Shown: positions 26,493-36,216 of the stretch, piece after piece
How the letters are laid out: every line of letters begins with the position of its first letter
Numbering within the stretch: position 1 is the first letter of the stretch
Assembly: GCA_041650715.1 (NCBI GenBank)
Contig: JBAZKQ010000003.1
Coordinates: 1 to 60,397, forward strand
DNA length: 60,397 bases
DNA from: Patescibacteria group bacterium
GTDB lineage: Bacteria; Patescibacteriota; Patescibacteriia; Patescibacteriales; UBA12465
Reading direction: 5' to 3'
Translations under genes and position numbers: made by a program
The notes under the pieces: model-generated
Databases searched by the model: none
Seen by the model: only the letters and a program-made list of their open reading frames with translations
What the model was told of the DNA's origin: nothing

Positions 26493-27239
26493 ATGGATAA
26501 TTGTATGTTGGTAGAAATTTGCTTGCCGATGAAAAATGAAGACGAAATAGTCCGAGAAAATTTACTAAAAATTCTTCGTTTTTGTAAGCTCGCTAATTTC
26601 CCGTTTAACTGGAAGATTATTGGTATTAGCAACGGCTCCAGCGACAAGACGGTGGAAATTTTACGCGACCTAAAAAAACTATACCCGGAATATGTGGATT
26701 ATATTGATAGCCCGCTTCCCGGAAGAGGTCGGGCTTTAAAAAGTTACTGGGCAACGAGTGCGGCTGATATTTGGGCCTATCTTGATATTGACTTGGCGGT
26801 CTTGCCTGAACAATTGCCGGATTTAATTATGCCCTTAGTTACAGGTGGGGCAGACATCGCCATCGGTTCACGTTTGATTTCTGGAGCCAAAATCGAAAGA
26901 TCCGAATTTCGCGAATTCATTTCCCGTGTTTTTAACTTAATGTCGCGTTTGGTGCTGGCGCATAAAGTAAGCGATTTGCAATGCGGGTTTAAAGCTATTA
27001 AAGCCGAGACCTATCGAAAAATCCTCCCCTATCTGCGGAATGATTTTTGGTATTTTGATTCGGAGCTAATTATTATCGGTCTCCATTTTTCTTATCGCCT
27101 GAAAGAAGTCCCGGTTAATTGGGTGGAGAATAGGTTTAAGCAGCGAGCCAGTAAGGTAAAAATCGTTAAAGATATTTTAAAATTTTTGCGCGATATGGTA
27201 AATCTGCGCTGGCGCCTATTCTTTATGCCGAAAAAGTAA
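26493..27239 (+). CDS. GT2 polyprenyl-phosphate glycosyltransferase-like (GtrB/ArnC/DPM1 type)
   Basis: NGSSDKT, LDIDL (DxD), DLQCGFKA motif. Confidence 0.75.
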   Translation: MDNCMLVEICLPMKNEDEIVRENLLKILRFCKLANFPFNWKIIGISNGSSDKTVEILRDLKKLYPEYVDYIDSPLPGRGRALKSYWATSAADIWAYLDIDLAVLPEQLPDLIMPLVTGGADIAIGSRLISGAKIERSEFREFISRVFNLMSRLVLAHKVSDLQCGFKAIKAETYRKILPYLRNDFWYFDSELIIIGLHFSYRLKEVPVNWVENRFKQRASKVKIVKDILKFLRDMVNLRWRLFFMPKK

Positions 27240-27258
27240 GTGTCGCCCTAAGACAAGA

Positions 27259-27618
27259 TTAAAGAATATCGGGGTAATGTTTAATATCGGCCAGCCGCTT
27301 GGTGCGGTCAACCAAAATAAAAATTAAGTCCAAACGAATACTGTCGAGGCTAATATGGTGACGCCGGCAATAGTCGATAATGGTGCGCTGCAAGTTCTTT
27401 GTTTGCCATTTTAATAAGGGGTTTTCGTACCTGCTTTCACTCGTTTTAATTCTGGTTTTAACTTCGACAAAAATATATTGTTTATTAAAACGAAATATTA
27501 GATCGATCTCCCCGCCGGGGCCGCGATAATTAGAGTCGCAAAAAATATAAGATTTTTGTTCGAGATAAACTTTGGCGAAGTTTTCGCCCCAAATACCAAG
27601 ATTTTTAGAATCGGTCAT
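27259..27618 (-). CDS. yraN: YraN-family (UPF0102) endonuclease-like protein
   Basis: GENFAKVYLEQKSYIF...GEIDLIF...IFVEVKTR. Confidence 0.8.
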   Translation of the reverse strand: MTDSKNLGIWGENFAKVYLEQKSYIFCDSNYRGPGGEIDLIFRFNKQYIFVEVKTRIKTSESRYENPLLKWQTKNLQRTIIDYCRRHHISLDSIRLDLIFILVDRTKRLADIKHYPDIL

Positions 27619-27680
27619 AAAATTAAAAAACTCTTCTTATTTAAGAAGAGTTTTTTAAATAAGAAAAATTTAAATATATT

Positions 27681-28064
27681 TTAGGGTAAATATTTCTTGA
27701 GTTCCGCGTCCTGTTCTTTTAATTTTTTTTGAGCCGGAATACGACCCAATTTTTTCAAAATTAGAATCAGCCAAACAAGCATGACAAGGCCCCAAAGGGC
27801 GAGCCAAAAGCGGGCGGAAAAGAAAGGCACTAATTCATAATCAAAAAATAAAAGGATTAAGCCGATGGCCGCGTTGGTCAGACAAAAAGTATAAAGGCGT
27901 TTAAAAAAACCGCGATAGAGGCCGCTTCGTCTTTTGGCCATAAATAAGAGAACGGCCAGAAAAACAAATAATATTAATAGACCGACAAAACTTTTTTGCG
28001 CGAAGGGAGTAAGCGAACCCGGGCTTAATGTGAACCAAAATTGCCAGGTCATTAAATTCGTCAT
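27681..28064 (-). CDS. Hypothetical membrane protein (3-4 TM segments)
   Basis: 127-aa hydrophobic ORF in an operon with upstream genes. Confidence 0.5.
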   Translation of the reverse strand: MTNLMTWQFWFTLSPGSLTPFAQKSFVGLLILFVFLAVLLFMAKRRSGLYRGFFKRLYTFCLTNAAIGLILLFFDYELVPFFSARFWLALWGLVMLVWLILILKKLGRIPAQKKLKEQDAELKKYLP

Positions 28065-28074
28065 AGCTTTATAA

Positions 28075-28626
28075 TTAAAGTTTAATAAGTGTTAATCCGT
28101 AGTGGTAGGGGCCGGCCGCAAATTCCTCGACTACCTCCAGCCCAATTTTAGGAGCGGCCGATTTTAGGGACTCAAGCTTAACCCTTTTTTCAATCGTCGG
28201 GCCGAGTGGCGAGTCTGTATTTTCCCATTCGACTATTAAAAGTTTGCCGCCTCTTTTTAGGAGTCTAATCGCTTCGCGCAGTATCTCCAGTCGTTTTTCC
28301 GACTGATGCAGGATATTGACGAGCAGAGCGCTATCAAGACTGCTGGTCTCAATCGCCGTGGCTTTGAATATTTCTAAATTACTCCAGACGGTTTTTATTT
28401 GTGGCAAGTTTTGTTTGAGGGCCTCGCGTTTAATTTCTTCCAAAGTATTCCTGAGAATATCAACGGCATAAATTTGCCCGCCGCGCCCAACCATCTTGGC
28501 GAGCGGCCAGACAAAGAAGCCAAAATTGCCGCAGCCGAGTTCGGCTGTCTTTTGGCCTGCCTCCACTGTTATTTTACGCAAAATATTATCAATGTCAAAT
28601 AGGACCGTTTTTTTGCTTTCAGACAT
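28075..28626 (-). CDS. Class I SAM-dependent methyltransferase
   Basis: Motif I ELGCGNFGF, IYAVDI, LKRGGKLLIVEW. Confidence 0.75.
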   Translation of the reverse strand: MSESKKTVLFDIDNILRKITVEAGQKTAELGCGNFGFFVWPLAKMVGRGGQIYAVDILRNTLEEIKREALKQNLPQIKTVWSNLEIFKATAIETSSLDSALLVNILHQSEKRLEILREAIRLLKRGGKLLIVEWENTDSPLGPTIEKRVKLESLKSAAPKIGLEVVEEFAAGPYHYGLTLIKL

Positions 28627-28636
28627 AAGCGTTAAT

Positions 28637-29296
28637 TTAGTTTACTAAGATTTGTCGGGTCACGACTTGCTCCCGGCTATATTTCTTTTTGGCCTTAATT
28701 ACGATGTTATTTAGGCCCTTTTTCAAATTAACGGTTTGGGAAAAGTAGCCGTCATGATTATTAAGCACGATTTCGCCGTTGATTTTTACTTCCGCCTCAA
28801 CTTCAGTTTGGCCGCTTATCTCGATGCTGGTACTTGTAACTGCCAAGTTGTTGGCCGGCTGGGTGATTGTTAAATCGGGAGGCAGAACGATATTTTTAAA
28901 ATAAAAGATAAGATATAGAAAGCAAATTATGATTGCACCGATAATCAGTAAGTTGCGGATTATTTTCGGAAAAATAAGAAATTTATGACGCGCGAGTATT
29001 TTTCGCGAAAAAGGGTCATCGGGCGATACCATCAGAATCTCGTCATCCCAGTCTTTCAATATTTCCTTAAGACTGATGCCCAGGTAGTTGGCGTATTCCT
29101 TAAGAAATTTTTTTCCGTAAAGGCCGGATGGTAAATTATCAAGGCGCTCATCTTCGAGAGCGCGCAGATATTCTGATTTAATATTAATTTTTTTGGCAAT
29201 GTCCTCTATTTTTAGATTTTTGAAAAGCCGACTCTGACGTAATTTTTCTCCCCAGGTTTCAGTGTGGCTGATTTTTTTAGGTATGAAGGCGGTCAT
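28637..29296 (-). CDS. RodZ-like HTH membrane protein
   Basis: N-terminal HTH (LKIEDIAKKINIKSEYLRALEDE), single TM segment, C-terminal beta domain. Confidence 0.65.
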   Translation of the reverse strand: MTAFIPKKISHTETWGEKLRQSRLFKNLKIEDIAKKINIKSEYLRALEDERLDNLPSGLYGKKFLKEYANYLGISLKEILKDWDDEILMVSPDDPFSRKILARHKFLIFPKIIRNLLIIGAIIICFLYLIFYFKNIVLPPDLTITQPANNLAVTSTSIEISGQTEVEAEVKINGEIVLNNHDGYFSQTVNLKKGLNNIVIKAKKKYSREQVVTRQILVN

Positions 29297-29754
29297 GAAT
29301 TTTTATTTTGGGAAGATGGAAAGACATAGGAAGTAAGTTCCATCTTGGTGGTGCTGCCTTGCCAATTAAGACCAAGCGAGGCCAAAACAAATTTAATAAT
29401 TAAATAACTTGAGAAAACAATTAAGAGACCGATAACCGCGGCGATAATAATTTTTCGAGCTTGGCCAACTTTTTCACTGCTGCCCCCGGAAATTAGAAAA
29501 GTGAAGCCGCCATAAATAAACATGATTAAAGCCAGCGAGCCAATAATGCCCAGTATCCAGCGCGATGCCCCAATAGCGATTGCCATAATATCGTTCAGCG
29601 AGTAATCCCCATTATCGTAGGGCCGACTGGTAGTTCCGACGCCAGTTGCGTTTGGATTAATAATCGAAGATTGCGCCCGTGCGACTAAGGGTAGAGAAAA
29701 AGATAAAGCGATAATGATCGAGAGCGCGGACCCTAAAATAATTTTTTTAAACAT
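29293..29754 (-). CDS. VirB2/TrbC-like pilin paralog 7 (divergent, orphan)
   Basis: Signal peptide and two TM segments flanking FTFLISGGSSEKVGQARK. Its stop overlaps the RodZ-like start (ATGA). Confidence 0.65.
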   Translation of the reverse strand: MFKKIILGSALSIIIALSFSLPLVARAQSSIINPNATGVGTTSRPYDNGDYSLNDIMAIAIGASRWILGIIGSLALIMFIYGGFTFLISGGSSEKVGQARKIIIAAVIGLLIVFSSYLIIKFVLASLGLNWQGSTTKMELTSYVFPSSQNKNS

Positions 29755-29763
29755 ATTTAATAG

Positions 29764-31143
29764 TTAATTGACTGTCTGTTGGACTTTAGCAGCGCCCGTA
29801 CTAATAATTTCTTGAATTTTATCACTGGAGTTTTTAATAACCGAATCTATCATCTCGGCAATCGCATCTTCCGCGGCCAAAACATTTTTGCCGTGATACC
29901 AGCTTTTGGCGGTTAAAACTTGATCAGCAAAAACGCCAACCTCGTCATCCGCTTTTTGCGTTTCTACGAGAGAGCGCAGAGCGGTTGGATGCTTGGTTTT
30001 ACTTAAATAAATTTTAGCTTGTTCTTCCTTGGTTATAAATTGAACAAAATCCCAAGCCTCATTCGCCACCGGACTTTTTTTAGAAACAACCTCGACCCAA
30101 TAATTTGCGAAATTAATATTGGTTGGCGGTGTGCCTTCGATTTGGGGCAATTTTGCGACGGAAAAATTTAATTTCGGGGCTTGAGCTTTAATTGTTTCCA
30201 GGTCGTAAGAATAACTAAACATAATCGCCAGATTGCCGCTAATAAACATATCAAGAGAGTTGGGCAAATCGCTGCTCCAGGAATAGGATTCCTTAACCGG
30301 ATCGGCAAAATCGGTATAGAAGCGTAAGGCGTCGGCGCCCGGGCTATAAGTATTACTACTCGAGCCGGCGGGAGCGGCTTGAAATAAGACTTGGCCACTG
30401 TCAGACATCATCGTGGCACCGCTCTGCATCATGAGCACTGATAGAATATCGCTGTAGCGGTTGATGTTTTTACTGCCGCCGAGAGCAACCCCGGATTGGA
30501 TTAAGCCCTTTTTCGAATCTTGTTTTGTGAGTTTCTTTACATCGGAAATAAATTCCTTGTTCCAATAAGCGGGAACTTGGCTGATACCGGCATTATTAAA
30601 TAAATCTTTATTGTAATACATCGCTAAGGTATCAACAGAAAGAGGCAAGCCATAGATTTTGCCGTCACTTAAAATTACATCCTGACTAACGACATCGACA
30701 AATTTATCCTTGATTTCTTTAGTGGTAATGCTTTTTACGGTTCGGGATTCGGGAATAGTTTCTTTTTTAATCGTGCCGCTGGTGACGGGGTAAACCATCG
30801 TAATCGATTCCGGAAGCGGCGCTAATTTTGATTGATATTTTTGCATCCAAGTATTTTGGATAGAAAAAACATCCGGGCCGCGGTCTTCAGCCATCGCATT
30901 AAGAAGCTCGGCCTCGTATTCACTATAACGTAATTTACGATAGTTAACGGTAACAAAGGGGTGCAGAGCTTTGTATTTGCTAATAATTTCATCAAACGCG
31001 TCTGGCCCGTCAAAAACACGCCAGTAATTTATGGTAATTGGCTTCATGGCGTCTTGCGTGGTTTGACTCGCCGTTTTACAACCGAAGCCGGAGTTAAGAA
31101 TAAAGATCATGAGCAAAAACAAAATCGTTATTTTTTTATACAT
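29764..31143 (-). CDS. Lipoprotein, ABC-type sugar substrate-binding protein (family 1)
   Basis: Lipobox LNSGFG-C. SBP_bac_1-like YGLPLSVDTLAMYYNKDLF. Confidence 0.75.
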   Translation of the reverse strand: MYKKITILFLLMIFILNSGFGCKTASQTTQDAMKPITINYWRVFDGPDAFDEIISKYKALHPFVTVNYRKLRYSEYEAELLNAMAEDRGPDVFSIQNTWMQKYQSKLAPLPESITMVYPVTSGTIKKETIPESRTVKSITTKEIKDKFVDVVSQDVILSDGKIYGLPLSVDTLAMYYNKDLFNNAGISQVPAYWNKEFISDVKKLTKQDSKKGLIQSGVALGGSKNINRYSDILSVLMMQSGATMMSDSGQVLFQAAPAGSSSNTYSPGADALRFYTDFADPVKESYSWSSDLPNSLDMFISGNLAIMFSYSYDLETIKAQAPKLNFSVAKLPQIEGTPPTNINFANYWVEVVSKKSPVANEAWDFVQFITKEEQAKIYLSKTKHPTALRSLVETQKADDEVGVFADQVLTAKSWYHGKNVLAAEDAIAEMIDSVIKNSSDKIQEIISTGAAKVQQTVN

Positions 31144-31201
31144 ATTATTGCTTATTGTTTATGTTTCTATTATAACAAAAACAGTCTTAATATTCCAATC
31201 C

Positions 31202-32746
31202 TTACTCAATTTTCGGACGGTATTGTAGGGACTCGGCTAAATGAGACGCCAAAATATCTTCCGAGGCGGCTAAATCGGCAATGGTGCGGGCTATTTTTAG
31301 GACCCGAAAATATGAGCGAGAGGAAAGATTGTAGTGCTCGCTTGCTATTTTTAATAAGGACTGAGCGTGAGCATCGAGACGGCAAAAAGAGCGGGTCAAA
31401 TGACTCGACATTTCCGAGTTGAGTAAACAGGGATGATTTTTAAAACGAAGTGCCTGGATGCGCCGCGCATTTTCGACCCGCGCTTTAACGGATGACGAGC
31501 TTTCTGATCGTGCTTCTGTATTTAGTTTTTCGAAATCGACACGCGGAACATGGAGATGAAGATCAATCCGGTCAAGAATGGGACCGGAAAGACGGCGACG
31601 GTAACTTAAAATTTGGGGTTCCCGACAGCGGCAGGGAGTTTTCTTATCACCCAGATACCCGCAAGGACAGGGATTCATGGCGGCAATTAAGATAAAACGG
31701 GAGGGAAATTTTAAAGAGCCGGCCGCACGGCTGATATTTATTTGGCCCTCCTCAAGTGGCTGGCGTAAATTTTCTAAAGCCAGGCGCGAGAATTCCGGAA
31801 ATTCATCAAGAAATAAAACACCGCGATGCGCCAAGGAAATTTCCCCGGGGCGGGGCCAAGTGCCCCCGCCGATTAAGGCGATTCCCGATGCGCTGTGATG
31901 GGGCGCGCGAAAGGGGCGCTCATAAATTAAAGCTAAGTTTCTTCTTAATTCGCCGGCAATGCTATAAATATTAGTTACTTCTAAAATTTCTTCGCTCGAG
32001 AGTGATGGTAATATCCCCGGAACGGCGCGGGCGAGTAGTGTTTTGCCCGATCCGGGCGGGCCGATTAAAAGTAAATTATGGCCACCGGCAGCCGCGATTT
32101 CAAGAGCCCGCTTAGCTTTCTCATGCCCCCTAATTAGAGCAAAATCAATTTCTTGCAGGGGCTGCTGGGTTTTGTGTTCCGCGTGAGTGAGCAGTGATAA
32201 ATCGTCTGGGCCAAATAAGTGTGGCTCAATTAAAGTTTTACTTTTAAAGTGGCCGATTAATTGGCCAAGCGATGTGATAGGATAAATTTTTAGGTCGGCA
32301 ATCAGGCGTGCTTCGGCCATATTTTCTTCGGGGATAAATAGATTAGCAATGCCCGCCAGTTTCGTTTTTTGGCCAATCGCTAAAATTCCTTTAACGGGAC
32401 GCACTTCGCCATTTAAAGATAATTCACCGACAATTAAACTATTTTTAAAATCATGGGAAAATTTATTTTTTAGGGCAAGGATACTTAAAGCGATCGGCAG
32501 ATCGTAAGCTGCTCCATGTTTTTTTACTTCAGCCGGCGCGAGGTTGACGGTAATTTTTCGTTTGGGAAATTCATGGCCGCAATTGCGCAAAGCGCTTTTT
32601 ACCCGTTCTTTGGCCTCAGAGGTTGAGGCATCGGGCAAGCCAACGATAGCAATTTGTCCGAAATCGCCGCCGCCCGAGTCTGCTTCGACGACGATTAGTT
32701 CCGCCTCGAGCCCAATCAGGGCGGCCGAGATGATTTTACTTGGCAT
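31202..32746 (-). CDS. comM: YifB/ComM-family Mg-chelatase-like AAA+ ATPase
   Basis: Lon-like N-domain, Walker A GPPGSGKT, Walker B VLFLDEF, C-terminal ChlI-like domain. Confidence 0.9.
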   Translation of the reverse strand: MPSKIISAALIGLEAELIVVEADSGGGDFGQIAIVGLPDASTSEAKERVKSALRNCGHEFPKRKITVNLAPAEVKKHGAAYDLPIALSILALKNKFSHDFKNSLIVGELSLNGEVRPVKGILAIGQKTKLAGIANLFIPEENMAEARLIADLKIYPITSLGQLIGHFKSKTLIEPHLFGPDDLSLLTHAEHKTQQPLQEIDFALIRGHEKAKRALEIAAAGGHNLLLIGPPGSGKTLLARAVPGILPSLSSEEILEVTNIYSIAGELRRNLALIYERPFRAPHHSASGIALIGGGTWPRPGEISLAHRGVLFLDEFPEFSRLALENLRQPLEEGQINISRAAGSLKFPSRFILIAAMNPCPCGYLGDKKTPCRCREPQILSYRRRLSGPILDRIDLHLHVPRVDFEKLNTEARSESSSSVKARVENARRIQALRFKNHPCLLNSEMSSHLTRSFCRLDAHAQSLLKIASEHYNLSSRSYFRVLKIARTIADLAASEDILASHLAESLQYRPKIE

Positions 32747-32858
32747 AGCGTAAGAGCTTTATTTAAATTAAATAGAAAACAAAAAACCGCTCTGGTGAGC
32801 GGTTTCTATTTTAGCAGATGACTAATAAAAATATTCTAAACTAAATCTAAAGGTTTTT

Positions 32859-35800
32859 TTATTTTTTTATTTCGTCCAGTTTGACGCTGAGCAATTTGCT
32901 GACGCCATTTTCTTCCATAGTAACGCCGTAGAGAATACTGGCGCGGCGCATGGACGCGCGATTATGGGTAATAACGATAAACTGGGTTTTATTCGATAAG
33001 TCATCAAGAATTTTCGCTAAGCGTTCCGAATTAGCCTCGTCAAGCGCGGCATCAGCTTCATCAAGGACCACGAAAGGAGAGGGGTTGGCACTGATAATGG
33101 CACTAATTAAAGCAATCGCGGTCAGAGCGCGCTCACCGCCCGAAAGCATAGAGACCGCCTGAATTTTTTTACCGGGAGGAATCGCCGATATTTCAATTCC
33201 GGCTAGACCAATGGCGTTATGCTTGCGGAGAAATTTAATCTTTTTCAGTCTTTCGTCACTTTCGTTTTTAATCGCTGCTTCTGACGGAGTCAGTCCGGCA
33301 GCCAGCGGATTATTAGCTTGGCCGCTGGCTTGGTTATTTTTAGCTTCTTCTTTCTCGATATCTTCGAGCATTACTTTAGAAATTTTGGCCGCACCGCCGT
33401 TGAAAAGAATTTTAAAATACTCATTGAATTTTTCGGAAATAACTTTGAATTCAGAATCAAATTTCCCCTTAATGTTCATGTCGAGCTCATAAATTATTTC
33501 TTCGAGCGATTTTATGGCTTGATGCAGATCATCAGTCTGCTTGCTTAAAAAATCATGACGTTCTTTTGTTTCGGCAAATTCTTTTTCGGTTTCCGGATCG
33601 ATACCGCCGATTTGTTCCAATTGTAATTTATTATTATTGATAGATTTTTGCCAGCGTTCAATTTCTATCTCGGCCGTTTCTATTTTATGATTTTTGATGT
33701 CAGAAATGTTTAACTCGTCGTTTCTAATATTCGCTTCAAGATCTTCTAATTTTGTTTCCTGGCGAGTCGCTTCTATTTTTAAATTATTCAAATCGGATAA
33801 AACAGAATTAAGTTCCAGCTGCAGCGCCTGAATCGCTTTTTGATATTCAAACATTTGACTCTTTTCTTTCTCTTGAGCAGCGTTAAAAGCACCGAGTTTA
33901 TTTTCTAAAGTTTTAATTTCTTCGTTTAAAACATCAAGTCTTTGGTTCAGCTCTTTTTTCTCGCTTTCAATCCCGCTTGCATCAAATTTAAGTTGGCTCT
34001 TAGCCAGCTTAATTTTAATATCAGAAACCTCTTTTTCCAGCTGGATTTTTTTAGTTTGCAGCAGGCGTCGCCGTTCGCGCAAAGAGGAAGCTTTAAGGCG
34101 GGCATCGTTAATTTTAATATCCAAGGCCTGGCGTTTGTCCAGCCACTCATTTAGAGATGAATTAAGTTTTAAATTATCCTGTTCTTTTTCCAGGAGATTT
34201 ATTTTTTTGTTTAATTCCTTTTTCTCCGCTTCAAGCTGGCTGGCGTCGAATTTAACTTGGGCTTTTTCTAATTTGCCGCGAATATCATTAAGCTCGCGCG
34301 CGAGCTGTAATTCTTTTTCCTCTAAAAGGCGGAGTCGTTCGTTAATCATTGAAAGCCGGAGTCGTTCGCTGCTGAGATTTTCCTGTGTATTCTGTTTAGA
34401 TTCAGTGAGAGAAATTATTTCAGATTGGATTTCTTGAATTTTATTTAATTTATCGTCGTCGCGACCGCTGATGAGTTTGGTAATTTTTTTCTGAAAATCG
34501 GATTTAGCTTCCCCGATCAGTTTTTTTATTTTAGACAAATCGGTTTCCGTTTCAATCATCTCTAATTGGCCGAGAAAAACGTCAATCAATTGGCTTATCT
34601 CCTCGTTCTGCCCCTCGCTCTGTCCGGATTTTTTTAAATCTCGATTGAGAGTTTCTAATTCCTTATTGAGACGATTGAGATCATCCTGAATCTTGCCGAG
34701 TTTTTGTTCACTGGCCTTTTCGTCAACGCGATTATTTTCCGATTTGAGTGCGTTTATTTCCGCCTTTAATTTTATGAGCTCAGCATTTAATTCCTCGTTT
34801 TTATTGTTTAGCCAGGAAACATCAAATTGCCCCTGGACTTCAAGATTGGCCTCTAAAACTGCTTCCAGTTTCGAAACCTGTTTAAAATATAAAGTTTTTT
34901 CCGTTTCTAATTTTTCAATTTGATAGCGCGTTTCATTAACTTTTTTAATCTCGTGGTTGACCTGGGTAAGTTCGACGTTCAGATTATCCTCGTCTTTTTG
35001 TCCGTTAGCACTGTCGAGTAAAATAATTTCTGCGCTGATTGATTCGAGCTCGGCGTTTAGTTCGCCCTGTTTATTATTTAACCAGGAAACATCGAATTGT
35101 CCCTGCGATTCTAATTGAATTTCGAGCTCTGCCTGAAGTTTCGCGAGCTGTTTTTGCAGTTGGTTGCGAGAATTTTCAAATTCCTTGAGACGGGGCTGAA
35201 GATCGCTCATTTCTTGAAAGTTGTTCGTATTCCGAATTTTGTTCAAATCATCATTAAGTTTGCCGAGCCGGCCTTCCATTTCAATTTTACTTTTTTCTAA
35301 ATCCAAAAAGCGGTTATTTGCACTATTTAATTTTTGATTAATATCCTGCCACAGAAAGCCGTAGTAGTTTAATTGAACAGCCTGTAAGTCCCCGGCAATT
35401 TCATCGCGGCGTTTCAGTTTTTCTACTTGGCGCGTTAAACTTTTTAGCCGCGGTCTGATTTCGGCGAGCAGCATCTCGACTTGCTGGAGGTTTTCGTAGC
35501 TTGATTCTAATTTGTTTAAGGCGGAGTCGCGTTTAATTTGAAATTGTTTAACGCCGGTCGCTTCGTCAAAAAAATCTTTGCGTTCGGCCGCCGAAGTATT
35601 CAAAAAATTTTCCACCATGCCCTGGCCGATGACGCTATAGGTTTTTTGTCCGAAGTTGGCTTTCGCGAGCAGCATCTGAATATCGGCGAGACGGACGCGA
35701 TGGCCATTGAGCAGGTATTCGCTTTCGCCGCTGCGATAAATGCGGCGCGTAATAACTATTTCCGCGCAGCTCAAAATCATCTGGTCGAGATCGCTTTCGC

Positions 35801-36125
35801 TTTCAATGGTTTCCGGTGCGGCCGCTTTGTTTTTGGCGGCCACGGAATTATTTAAACATAGAGAAACCTCCGCCATACCGAGCTGGCCCTTTTTATCGGA
35901 ACCAGAAAAAATCACATCCTCGCTTTTTTTACCGCGGATGGTTTTTAGACTTTGTTCACCGAGGGCCCAACGGATAGAATCGGCGACATTTGATTTTCCG
36001 GACCCGTTCGGGCCGACGATGGCGGTCAGGCCTCTTTTTTGGCCGTCGAGCAGTCCGGAGAAGATTAATTTATTTTTATTGGCGAAGGATTTAAAGCCTT
36101 GGATTTCTAGTCTTTCTAAATACAT
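32859..36125 (-). CDS. smc: SMC chromosome-condensation ATPase, hinge not recognisable
   Basis: N-head LEIQGFKSF...GPNGSGKSN...VIGQGMV. C-head LSGGERALTAIAL, VLDEADAALD. ~760 aa of continuous coiled coil between the heads. Confidence 0.85.
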   Translation of the reverse strand: MYLERLEIQGFKSFANKNKLIFSGLLDGQKRGLTAIVGPNGSGKSNVADSIRWALGEQSLKTIRGKKSEDVIFSGSDKKGQLGMAEVSLCLNNSVAAKNKAAAPETIESESDLDQMILSCAEIVITRRIYRSGESEYLLNGHRVRLADIQMLLAKANFGQKTYSVIGQGMVENFLNTSAAERKDFFDEATGVKQFQIKRDSALNKLESSYENLQQVEMLLAEIRPRLKSLTRQVEKLKRRDEIAGDLQAVQLNYYGFLWQDINQKLNSANNRFLDLEKSKIEMEGRLGKLNDDLNKIRNTNNFQEMSDLQPRLKEFENSRNQLQKQLAKLQAELEIQLESQGQFDVSWLNNKQGELNAELESISAEIILLDSANGQKDEDNLNVELTQVNHEIKKVNETRYQIEKLETEKTLYFKQVSKLEAVLEANLEVQGQFDVSWLNNKNEELNAELIKLKAEINALKSENNRVDEKASEQKLGKIQDDLNRLNKELETLNRDLKKSGQSEGQNEEISQLIDVFLGQLEMIETETDLSKIKKLIGEAKSDFQKKITKLISGRDDDKLNKIQEIQSEIISLTESKQNTQENLSSERLRLSMINERLRLLEEKELQLARELNDIRGKLEKAQVKFDASQLEAEKKELNKKINLLEKEQDNLKLNSSLNEWLDKRQALDIKINDARLKASSLRERRRLLQTKKIQLEKEVSDIKIKLAKSQLKFDASGIESEKKELNQRLDVLNEEIKTLENKLGAFNAAQEKEKSQMFEYQKAIQALQLELNSVLSDLNNLKIEATRQETKLEDLEANIRNDELNISDIKNHKIETAEIEIERWQKSINNNKLQLEQIGGIDPETEKEFAETKERHDFLSKQTDDLHQAIKSLEEIIYELDMNIKGKFDSEFKVISEKFNEYFKILFNGGAAKISKVMLEDIEKEEAKNNQASGQANNPLAAGLTPSEAAIKNESDERLKKIKFLRKHNAIGLAGIEISAIPPGKKIQAVSMLSGGERALTAIALISAIISANPSPFVVLDEADAALDEANSERLAKILDDLSNKTQFIVITHNRASMRRASILYGVTMEENGVSKLLSVKLDEIKK

Positions 36126-36216
36126 ATTTAGCCCGTTTTAAAGCTCCCTTTTTGATTTAAACTTTTTCCTATATAATACTATAATAAAGGATATAGACTA
36201 AAATGACAAATTGATT

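Noticed and set aside
33211-36141. Many plus-strand ORFs antisense to smc (e.g. 33211-33492, 34135-34437, 35538-35855, 35740-36141)
   Set aside because: These are mirror-frame artefacts of a long, low-complexity coiled-coil gene. Their translations are Ser/Phe/Leu-rich nonsense with no start context.
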